Shown piece after piece: positions 1 to 6,888 of a stretch of DNA of 14,798 bases. The stretch's first letter is position 1; every line of letters begins with the position of its first letter. The notes beneath the pieces were generated by a model. The model had not been told where the DNA came from and ran no database searches. It saw only the letters and a list, made by a program, of their open reading frames with translations. The DNA comes from Verrucomicrobiota bacterium (GTDB lineage Bacteria; Verrucomicrobiota; Verrucomicrobiia; Limisphaerales; SXQI01), in contig JANRLX010000133.1 of the NCBI GenBank assembly GCA_033762115.1, positions 1 through 14,798 on the forward strand, written 5' to 3'. The position numbers and the translations under genes are program-made.

Positions 1-475
1 AGAGATTTTGGCGCCCGAAAAACTAAAACATCCTGACGTCGTTAAGTTTTTAAGTGATTTCAAAAAAACCCTACAAAAGAGGATTAAATCACACCATAGA
101 AGCGGTTTCATAAGGGTTCTGAGGGTCAATTTCGGGCGCTATTGCTCGCTCGCTCCGTGGCTCCTCCCTTACATATCCAGCAGGATATGCGCCGTCGTCG
201 CGCCTCGCGAGCAGGCTAGTCCTGAATCGGCTAGGGATTTTGAAGCACTTTTGAAGGAAATAGATTTTCGGAAAAGCGCTTCAATAATTAGTCGCATAAG
301 ACAATATGTGAAGGACAAGCTAGGGGAAGAGGACGAGAAAATTGCAAAGGAAGCTTATAATATTAGAAGCAAATTAACGCATACTGGCAGGTCAGAGCCC
401 CAAGAAGTGGCTGAGGCTGCACGCGCGGTCCAGGATATACTCGGAAAGCTCTTGAAAATAGAACTTGGCAACTAG
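1..475 (+). CDS. 5'-truncated HEPN-domain protein (Apea/MauJ-like HEPN), possibly with an in-frame insertion
   Basis: Frame is open from the window edge (EILAPEK...). C-terminal AYNIRSKLTHTG contains the HEPN Rx4H motif (365-382), followed by a terminal helix. Hand-counted GC is about 34-37% outside positions ~97-220, well below neighbouring genes. Confidence 0.65.
   Translation, partial: EILAPEKLKHPDVVKFLSDFKKTLQKRIKSHHRSGFIRVLRVNFGRYCSLAPWLLPYISSRICAVVAPREQASPESARDFEALLKEIDFRKSASIISRIRQYVKDKLGEEDEKIAKEAYNIRSKLTHTGRSEPQEVAEAARAVQDILGKLLKIELGN
97..218. mobile_element. Palindromic MITE-like insertion inside the HEPN ORF (right boundary uncertain, 218 to ~254)
   Basis: Begins TAGAAGCGGTTTCATAA (97-113), 14/17 identical to the reverse complement of the right terminal repeat of the 473-662 element. 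Nested stems TGCTCGC(143-149)/GCGAGCA(207-213) and CATATCC(172-178)/GGATATG(183-189). About 62% GC in 121-220 against about 35% in the flanks. Confidence 0.55.
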
Positions 476-662
476 AAGTCATCTCAGAAATAGGGCCGGG
501 CGCGCCAGAGATGGATTTGGGCCTGCAACGAGGCGTGATGAAGAAGGACAGCCGCAGGGGGGGGTTCTGACTGAGAAGCGCACATCGAAGTATGCTCCCT
601 CCTTGCGTCGCATCCCAACCCGATTGCAACGCGTCCAGCCTCATTTTATGAGATGGCTTCTA
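473..662. mobile_element. 190-bp MITE-like element with terminal inverted repeats and TA ends
   Basis: Left end TAGAAGTCATCTCAGAAA (473-490) and right end TTTATGAGATGGCTTCTA (645-662) are inverted repeats matching at 16/18. Imperfect complementarity continues to about 504/630. TA at both ends; no transposase coded. Confidence 0.75.
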
Positions 663-865
663 CATCTGGGAAGGGTATAGATGGTGGCACGGCAATTTTA
701 TGGGCAGAACCTTCCGGAGGAATAATCTTGAGCGTTGTTACCGTCGCATCTCCATTGAACTTGCGGGCTGAAATATTGTTGGGAGTCGAAAAGGGAAATG
801 GTTCATGATATGCTGGGGCTAGTATGAAGGCGCGGCATGGGTTTACAAGTTACTTTTGTTGAGGC

Positions 866-2293
866 TCAAGCGGCGACTCGTTTTGCTTCTTCTGGAGAAA
901 TATAACCGAGGAGGCGGCGCTCTTTGATGATCGAGGCAACCTGAGCGGGGACCATGGGTTCCCATGTGGGGTCGCCTGCTTTCATTTTGCGAAGGACATC
1001 GCGGGAAAAGATGGGGAGGCAGCTCTGGTCGTAATCCTGGATGCTCTGGATGTAATGGTTTTCAATGAGGTAGGCGTAGAGGTGTCTGAGGTGTGGAGCA
1101 ACGCGGAGGTTTCCAGCGGTGATGACTGAACTGGTGACCTGGTCCTGAAGGGGATAGGCGTAGATTTTGAGGGCATTTTTGAACAAGCGGCCAAAGGATT
1201 CGAGGATGCCCCCCTCAAGGTCAGCGTAATATTTCTCATCGAAAATCTCGCGAAGGCTTGGGATGCCCATGACGAGGCCGATCATTTTTTTGGTGTAGCG
1301 GAAGAGGTAGGAAGCAAGTTTCCAGTATTCACCATAGTTGGAGATCAGGACTGTCTTGCCGAGGGTGCCGAGGAGATCGACGCGTTCGAGGAAGTCCTTG
1401 GGGTCGATGCCGCCTTCAGTGGTGAGGTTGCGCATGGTCATTTCCATGAGGACGACGACTTCCTCTCCCTGCACCTGCGGTTCCTGGATGAACTGGGCCT
1501 GAGCGCAATGAAGCATGTCAAGAGTGACGTTGGTGACGGGGCGAAAGCTGCCGCGTTCGACGAGGATGGCCTTTTTATGAAGGACTTCGGCGGCCTGCAC
1601 CACTTCACCATCGGCAGTGAACATGGCTGCATTGGCAAGGCCTTCCTTGACGAGTTGCAGGCTCATGAGGCGATTGTCCACATGGTGGAAGGCTTCGCCG
1701 GACATTTTGATCATGTCCACTTCGACGCGTTCGGGAGTGAGGCTGTCGAGGAGAGAGGTGATCAGTTCGGAGGGGTTGTCATGAAGGTAAAGGGCGCCGA
1801 AAACAAGGTTCACGCCCATGATCCCAAGAGCTTCCTGCTGGGAAACATTTTCGCGGTCGAGCATGCGGACGTGGATGATGATCTCGGAAGGTTTGCCGCG
1901 CGGTTCGCTTTGGAAACGGATGCCCATCCAGCCGTGGCATTCGTCGCGGTTTTTAAAGCTGCGGGCGGTGACGGTATCGGCAAAGGCAAAAAACTTTGTG
2001 CTGGCGCCCCGTTTTTCGTTCAGCCGTTCGTATTGAAGGGAGTACTCATGCTCGAGCATGGTTTGGAGGCGTTGTCTGCTGACGTATCGGTCGGCAGGGC
2101 CGTAGATGGCATCGCTGACGACCATGTCGTAAGCGGAAATCGATTTGGCAATGGTGCCAGCGGCTCCGCCAACGCGGAAAAACCAGCGCGCGACCTCCTG
2201 GCCAGCGCCGATTTCTGCAAAGGTGCCGTATTTGCTGGGGTCGAGGTTGATCTCCAGCGCTTTTTGATGGGTATCCAACTCCCGTCGTTTCAT
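866..2293 (-). CDS. Nucleotidyltransferase-superfamily protein, nicotinate/nicotinamide-nucleotide adenylyltransferase-like
   Basis: 475-aa ORF with the recognisable N-terminus KALEINLD..YGTFAEIGAGQEVARWFF..GGA.GTIAK..SAYDM. It also has RGSFRPVT (resembling the GSFxP nucleotidyltransferase motif) and a NadD-like C-terminus FSRDVLRKMKAGD..W..MVP..VA.II....L.GY. Confidence 0.65.
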   Translation of the reverse strand: MKRRELDTHQKALEINLDPSKYGTFAEIGAGQEVARWFFRVGGAAGTIAKSISAYDMVVSDAIYGPADRYVSRQRLQTMLEHEYSLQYERLNEKRGASTKFFAFADTVTARSFKNRDECHGWMGIRFQSEPRGKPSEIIIHVRMLDRENVSQQEALGIMGVNLVFGALYLHDNPSELITSLLDSLTPERVEVDMIKMSGEAFHHVDNRLMSLQLVKEGLANAAMFTADGEVVQAAEVLHKKAILVERGSFRPVTNVTLDMLHCAQAQFIQEPQVQGEEVVVLMEMTMRNLTTEGGIDPKDFLERVDLLGTLGKTVLISNYGEYWKLASYLFRYTKKMIGLVMGIPSLREIFDEKYYADLEGGILESFGRLFKNALKIYAYPLQDQVTSSVITAGNLRVAPHLRHLYAYLIENHYIQSIQDYDQSCLPIFSRDVLRKMKAGDPTWEPMVPAQVASIIKERRLLGYISPEEAKRVAA

Positions 2294-2381
2294 GGGAAGG
2301 AGGGTAAACAGTTTTTTTTCGCGAGGCGAGATGCTATTTAAGGGCGAAACGAAAAGATTTTCTCAGGAGGATTGCATCTGC

Positions 2382-2410
2382 TTGACGGAGTCGAGGTTGT
2401 CGCCAAGAAT
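2382..2410 (+). promoter_or_regulatory. Putative sigma70-type promoter for the Gfo/Idh/MocA gene
   Basis: TTGACG (2382-2387), 17-nt spacer, AAGAAT (2405-2410), 21 nt upstream of ATG 2432, in a divergent intergenic region. Confidence 0.45.
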
Positions 2411-2431
2411 CGGCCTGTTAACCACCTTACC

Positions 2432-3769
2432 ATGAAAAAAGAGACGTTTACTCCCGCTTTTTCCCGTCGTTCATTTCTAAAATCGACGGGTACACTCGTT
2501 GCTGCTGCGCCATTTCTGCTGCCTTCACGGGTCTGGTCGGCAGAGGTGAATCCGAACGACAAGGTGACGTTGGGCTTTATCGGGATTGGCACGCAGGCAC
2601 GGGGTTTGATGAGTGGATTTTTAGGGAATCCACGGACGCAGGTGGTGGCGGTTTGCGACGTGGACACCACTCGGCGTGAAAATGGGAAGAAGATGGCGGA
2701 GGAGTTCTATGGGAACAAGAAGCAGGCGGATTACAAAGGGTGTGCTGCGTATAATGATTTTCGTGAGTTGATTGGGCGCAAGGATATTGATGCGGTGGTG
2801 ATTGCGACGCCGGACCATTGGCACGCGCTGATCGCGATGCATGCTGCGGCTGCGGGAAAGGATATTTATTGTGAAAAGCCGCTCACGCAATCGATTCATG
2901 AGGCCCGTGCGCTGGTGAATTCGGTGAGGAAACATGGGCGTGTTTTCCAGACGGGGAGTCAGCAGCGGTCTTCTGCAGAATTTTTGACTGCTTGTGAGTT
3001 AGTGCAAAATGGAGCGATTGGAAAAATCCATCGGGTTGAAGTTGCCATTGGCGGCCCAGGGGTTCCTTGCGATTTGCCTGGCGAGGCGTCTGAGCCGGGG
3101 CTTGATTGGGAAATGTGGCTCGGCCCGGCGCCAAGTCGGCCGTATCATTCGGAATTGAGTCCGCGCGGAGTTCACAAGCATTTCCCGAACTGGCGCAAAT
3201 ACAATGAATATGGAGGCGGCATGGTCACCGACTGGGGCGCACACCACTTTGATATAGCGCAATGGGGATTGGGGATGGATGAGAGTGGCCCTGTTGAAGT
3301 GTTTCCCGCAGCTGCACCGAACGCGACCCATGGCGTGCGGCTGGTTTATGCCAATGGAACTGAAGTGATCCACACAGAGGGGAACGGAGTCTGGTTTCAC
3401 GGGAAGGAAGGAAAAATCCATGTGAATCGCGGCAAATTTGAATTCTGGAAGGGAGAGAAGCAACTGGCGCCATCGACAAAGGAAATGGGCGGGGTTGCCT
3501 CCGATTATCTTTCAAATGCCAAAACAAAGCTTTACAAAAGCACGGACCACAAAGGGGATTGGCTGGATTGTATTGCATCCCGCAAACGCCCGATTTGCGA
3601 TGTGGAGATCGGGGCGCGCAGCGTGACTGTTTGTCATTTGGTCAACCTAGCGTATCGCCATCGTCAGAAACTGGATTGGGACCCAAAAGCGAACCAGTTC
3701 AAGAGTGGCACGGGCAAGGCAGAGTGGCTGGATATCTCACATCGCGCCCCCTGGTCCCTGCCTGCGTAA
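2432..3769 (+). CDS. Tat-exported Gfo/Idh/MocA family NAD(P)-dependent oxidoreductase
   Basis: Twin-arginine signal SRRSFLK, Rossmann GFIGIGTQA, VAVCDVD, IATPDHWH, YCEKP, QTGSQQRS, DWGAHHFD. ATG 2432 is preferred over the track start 2372 because it puts the Tat motif near the N-terminus. Confidence 0.93.
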   Translation: MKKETFTPAFSRRSFLKSTGTLVAAAPFLLPSRVWSAEVNPNDKVTLGFIGIGTQARGLMSGFLGNPRTQVVAVCDVDTTRRENGKKMAEEFYGNKKQADYKGCAAYNDFRELIGRKDIDAVVIATPDHWHALIAMHAAAAGKDIYCEKPLTQSIHEARALVNSVRKHGRVFQTGSQQRSSAEFLTACELVQNGAIGKIHRVEVAIGGPGVPCDLPGEASEPGLDWEMWLGPAPSRPYHSELSPRGVHKHFPNWRKYNEYGGGMVTDWGAHHFDIAQWGLGMDESGPVEVFPAAAPNATHGVRLVYANGTEVIHTEGNGVWFHGKEGKIHVNRGKFEFWKGEKQLAPSTKEMGGVASDYLSNAKTKLYKSTDHKGDWLDCIASRKRPICDVEIGARSVTVCHLVNLAYRHRQKLDWDPKANQFKSGTGKAEWLDISHRAPWSLPA

Positions 3770-3801
3770 CAGAATCAGGCGGGGAAAGACCGCTTCATTG
3801 A

Positions 3802-4167
3802 ATGCGTCGACGCACCTTCCGTCAACTGCGCCAGGCAGGTGAGGCCGGCCATCACCATCATGTTTATGTGGTGTTGCTGGATTCAGCAGTTGCCCGGCAC
3901 AAAAGCGTTTTAAAGCTAAACCCGCTTCGTTCACCCAGGCAGCCGTGCGTGTATGTTGGGATGACGGGGCTTGCTCCGGAGGAACGTTTCCAGAACCATC
4001 GGAACGGAATCAAGAGCGCCTGGGTGGTGCGACGGTATGGGATCCGGTTGTTGCCGGAAATGTATGAATATCTGAATCCGATGCCGTTCAATGCCGCCGC
4101 TGAAATGGAAAGAGAGCTGGCAGAAGACCTGAGAAGGCAGGGATTCACTGTGACTGGAGGGAAATGA
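3802..4167 (+). CDS. Small GIY-YIG nuclease superfamily protein
   Basis: VYVVLL...CVYVGMTG..PEERFQNH..G and C-terminal A.EME..LA..LR match the GIY-YIG motif order (Y, YxG, R, H, E). Confidence 0.7.
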   Translation: MRRRTFRQLRQAGEAGHHHHVYVVLLDSAVARHKSVLKLNPLRSPRQPCVYVGMTGLAPEERFQNHRNGIKSAWVVRRYGIRLLPEMYEYLNPMPFNAAAEMERELAEDLRRQGFTVTGGK

Positions 4168-4814
4168 TTTTTGGACTTGTTACGCGGAAGGAATGTTACG
4201 TCCTCACCTGGCGGGCGAAATTTTTGTTGTTGCTGGGGCTGATCGGAGTTGCCGCAGCCTATGTCCTGGTTGTCCCGAAGTTTCTCTCTCCGACGCAGCC
4301 GCTGGGAAGTGGGGTCCTTGTCGTTGAAGGCTGGATGGCGGACAGCGGCTTGCGTGCGACAACGAATTATTTCAAAATGAGGAAGTATCAATTGATCGTC
4401 ACGACGGGGGCGAATATTGAACTCGGGTCGTGGCTGGGCGAGCACCAAACGTACGCCGAACTGGGTGCGTCTCGCCTGCGCAAATTGGGAATGGGCACAA
4501 ACCAGGTCATTGCCGTTTCTGCCGGGGAGGTCAAAAAAGACCGCACTTACCACTCAGCAGTGGCCTTGAAGAAATTTTTAAGCAGAACTCATCCCGAAAT
4601 CAAAAGTGTCGATGTATTAAGTGCCAATGTTCATGCAAGGCGGTCCTGGATGCTCTTTCGCCGTGCGCTGGAGCCGGAATACAAAGTGGGTGTGTATGCC
4701 ATTGAACCTACTGATTATGAAGCGGATAGATGGTGGGCCAGCAGCGCAGGGTTTCGAACGGTGATTAGTGAAACGATTGCTTATGTCTATGCGTTGACGA
4801 CAAATCCTGAGTAG
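4164..4814 (+). CDS. YdcF/DUF218 (ElyC/SanA-like) membrane-anchored protein
   Basis: N-terminal TM helix, LVVEGW, IVTTG, RTYHSA, HARRS..LF, terminal SETIAYVY. ATGA overlap with the upstream gene. Confidence 0.8.
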   Translation: MIFGLVTRKECYVLTWRAKFLLLLGLIGVAAAYVLVVPKFLSPTQPLGSGVLVVEGWMADSGLRATTNYFKMRKYQLIVTTGANIELGSWLGEHQTYAELGASRLRKLGMGTNQVIAVSAGEVKKDRTYHSAVALKKFLSRTHPEIKSVDVLSANVHARRSWMLFRRALEPEYKVGVYAIEPTDYEADRWWASSAGFRTVISETIAYVYALTTNPE

Positions 4815-4868
4815 GTTTGAACAAAAAATTTCTATCGTTTTGTGGTTTTTCGCGTCTATATTGGAACC

Positions 4869-5165
4869 ATGAAAAAATTAACAGCCTTGTTTACGTTGAT
4901 GGTCGGTTTATCGCTGGCCTCTGTTTCAGCAGAGGAGGGGAAGAAAGCAGAAAAGGCCAAGCCGTATCCTTTGGAAACCTGTCTGGTCTCGGATGAGAAA
5001 TTTGGTGGAGATATGGGTGAGCCTTATGTTTTCGTCGAGGAAGGGCGCGAGGTGAAACTTTGCTGCAAGAGCTGCCTGAAGGATTATAACAAGGACAAAA
5101 AGAAATTTACGAAAAAAATGGAAGATGCTGAAAAGGCAAAAGCTTCCAAAAAGAAAACGTCCTGA
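4869..5165 (+). CDS. Small exported metal-binding protein (YHS/TRASH-like)
   Basis: Signal peptide MKKLTALFTLMVGLSLASVSA, then YPLETCLVS.E..G.MGEP...VKLCCKSC, the C..(x)n..CCxxC pattern of TRASH/YHS domains. Lies upstream of a metal efflux operon. Confidence 0.75.
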   Translation: MKKLTALFTLMVGLSLASVSAEEGKKAEKAKPYPLETCLVSDEKFGGDMGEPYVFVEEGREVKLCCKSCLKDYNKDKKKFTKKMEDAEKAKASKKKTS

Positions 5166-5176
5166 TTTCGTTTCGC

Positions 5177-5506
5177 TTGAGAATCACTGCATCCATCCTG
5201 ATCAGCTTTTTGCTTGGGCTGCTGCCGATTGCCAGTGGCGGCGTCCGGGCTGAATTGGCCAGGGATGAAGCGATCCTCTGTACCGCGTGTACCTGCTGTG
5301 CCGAGCAAGCCCCGACACAGCCCCAGCCTCTCCGGAATGCTCCACCGCTGTCGGGAAACAGCTTCAAATTGGAGGCTGTTGCTCCAGCTGCTTGCGAGAT
5401 GGTTTGCCCGGTTCCTTTGGTTCCCCAGGTGGACAATCGCCGTGCAGCTTCGACTTCGTTCGCCACAGTTCCTCTATATCGGGTGAACTGCCTTCTTCTG
5501 ATCTGA
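5177..5506 (+). CDS. Cys-rich exported hypothetical protein, putative regulatory leader of the cus operon
   Basis: TTG start, hydrophobic signal-like N-terminus, CTACTCC cluster, Pro/Ala-rich linker with CEMVC, C-terminal PLYRVNCLLLI*. Fills the gap between co-oriented genes. Confidence 0.6.
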   Translation: MRITASILISFLLGLLPIASGGVRAELARDEAILCTACTCCAEQAPTQPQPLRNAPPLSGNSFKLEAVAPAACEMVCPVPLVPQVDNRRAASTSFATVPLYRVNCLLLI

Positions 5507-5511
5507 TTTCT

Positions 5512-5588
5512 GCCAATTCGCAGGTGTGGTGTGTACTTCTGTGCACACGGTCTTCTCTTTGATCCGCGGATGCGGTGTGTGAATTGGT
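5512..5588 (+). promoter_or_regulatory. Predicted multibranch RNA structure occluding the cusC-like translation initiation region
   Basis: GCCAATTCGCA (5512-5522) pairs with TGTGAATTGGT (5578-5588): 11 bp with 2 G-U, ending at position -2 of ATG 5590. Inner hairpin GTGTGTAC-TTCT-GTGCACAC (5529-5548). Palindrome ATCCGCGGAT (5562-5571). Confidence 0.55.
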
Positions 5589-5589
5589 T

Positions 5590-6888
5590 ATGAAAACGAT
5601 GATTACTGTTCTGTTGCTATTAAACCTGGCCCGGGAGGATGCCTGGGCCACGACGAATCCAGTTGTCCTCTCTCCTGGCTTGATCGGGGAGCTTGTTGAG
5701 GAAGCCCGCACAAATTCTCCCGTGCTGCGCGCGGCGGAAGCTCGCGTGAGAGCGGCGGAGGCCAATAGTGAATCGATCCCGCTTTGGGAGAATCCCGAAC
5801 TGCTTGTCGGGGGCGTGGCGGCACCGCGCGAAATGCGAATGGAAGAGGGGGACATTGTCGTTGGTGTGGAGCAAGCCCTGCCGATCAATGGAAAGGCCAG
5901 AGCGGCCCGACGGCTGGCGAGGGAAGAAGGTAAAATTGCCGAGCTTCAAAATAGCCTGGAGTATCAAAATCTCAGGAAAGAGATAGCCATCGCTGCTTTC
6001 AGTCTTGCCCTGGCGGAGGAGCAATTGTTGATTGCGCGTGAGAATCATCATTGGCTTCAAACAACTGTCGAAGGAATGACTGGAAAACTTCGTGCAGGAG
6101 GTGGAGAACAGGTGGAGCTATTGCGGATGCAGGCTGAATCGGCGCGTGCCTTGAATGAGATTCGGAATGGGGAAACGGAACGTGACCTGGTTCGGATCAC
6201 ATTGAGTCGGCTGCTCAATCGCTCATCTGAAGCAGCCGCGCCAATCCTGCGGTTGCCCGCACCCGCGCCAGAGCTTGTGTTTAATCAACGGCTGGTGGAT
6301 TTGGCCTTGAAATTTGAGCCGCAGCTACAGGTCCTACGGGCCACAGTGAAGCGGGCAGAGGCTGGAATGGAGCGTGCGGTTGCGGAGCGGCGACCCGATT
6401 TTTCCCTGGGACTGGAGGGACGGCAGTACAGTGGAAACGGGGAATTCCAGGAAGGCGCCGTTTTCCTGAAGGTGTCCTTACCATTTTTTAACCAGGGAAA
6501 ACTTAAGAAAGGGGTAAGTCGAGAGCGTGCAAATATTGAAGCCGCCGAATCTGACCTTGAAGCGTACCGTTTGCGCACCCGGGAAGAGGTGTATTTCCTC
6601 TGGACCCGGATTGACCGGGCGCGTCGAGAGGCGCTGACCTACAGCAGTGAGGTCATTCCGCGTGCGGAGCAGGCATTGGAATCGGCACAGGGGGCGTGGC
6701 ATTCGAATCAGGATTTGTTCCGCAACGTTCTCGAAGCACGCCGGATGCTGGTTGAATCCCGGGGCATCTACTTTCGTGCTGTCAAGGAGCAATACCAGAT
6801 GATGGCTGAACTCGTCCTCTGCTGTGGGTTGGGTGATTTGGAATCCCTGACCATGATTTTGGAATCTGCAAAGGAGGAATCAAATTGA
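5590..6888 (+). CDS. TolC-family outer membrane factor of heavy-metal RND system (CusC/CzcC-like)
   Basis: Signal peptide, A..NSP.LRAAEAR, W.NPEL, VEQ.LP..GK, P.FSLG, SLPFFNQG; first gene of an OMF-MFP-RND triplet. The start could also be GTG 5575 or ATG 5599. Confidence 0.9.
   Translation: MKTMITVLLLLNLAREDAWATTNPVVLSPGLIGELVEEARTNSPVLRAAEARVRAAEANSESIPLWENPELLVGGVAAPREMRMEEGDIVVGVEQALPINGKARAARRLAREEGKIAELQNSLEYQNLRKEIAIAAFSLALAEEQLLIARENHHWLQTTVEGMTGKLRAGGGEQVELLRMQAESARALNEIRNGETERDLVRITLSRLLNRSSEAAAPILRLPAPAPELVFNQRLVDLALKFEPQLQVLRATVKRAEAGMERAVAERRPDFSLGLEGRQYSGNGEFQEGAVFLKVSLPFFNQGKLKKGVSRERANIEAAESDLEAYRLRTREEVYFLWTRIDRARREALTYSSEVIPRAEQALESAQGAWHSNQDLFRNVLEARRMLVESRGIYFRAVKEQYQMMAELVLCCGLGDLESLTMILESAKEESN

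Noticed and set aside
363..680. ORFs 465..680 (+) and 363..644 (-)
   Set aside because: They run through the MITE-like element and have no protein-like features; likely incidental.
663..865. Intergenic stretch as a possible ncRNA or terminator
   Set aside because: No convincing stem, U-tract or known RNA motif seen by eye.
1508..2341. 277-aa plus-strand ORF
   Set aside because: Antisense shadow of the well-supported 866-2293 gene.
3864..4553. 229-aa minus-strand ORF
   Set aside because: Overlaps two motif-supported plus-strand genes and has no recognisable motifs.
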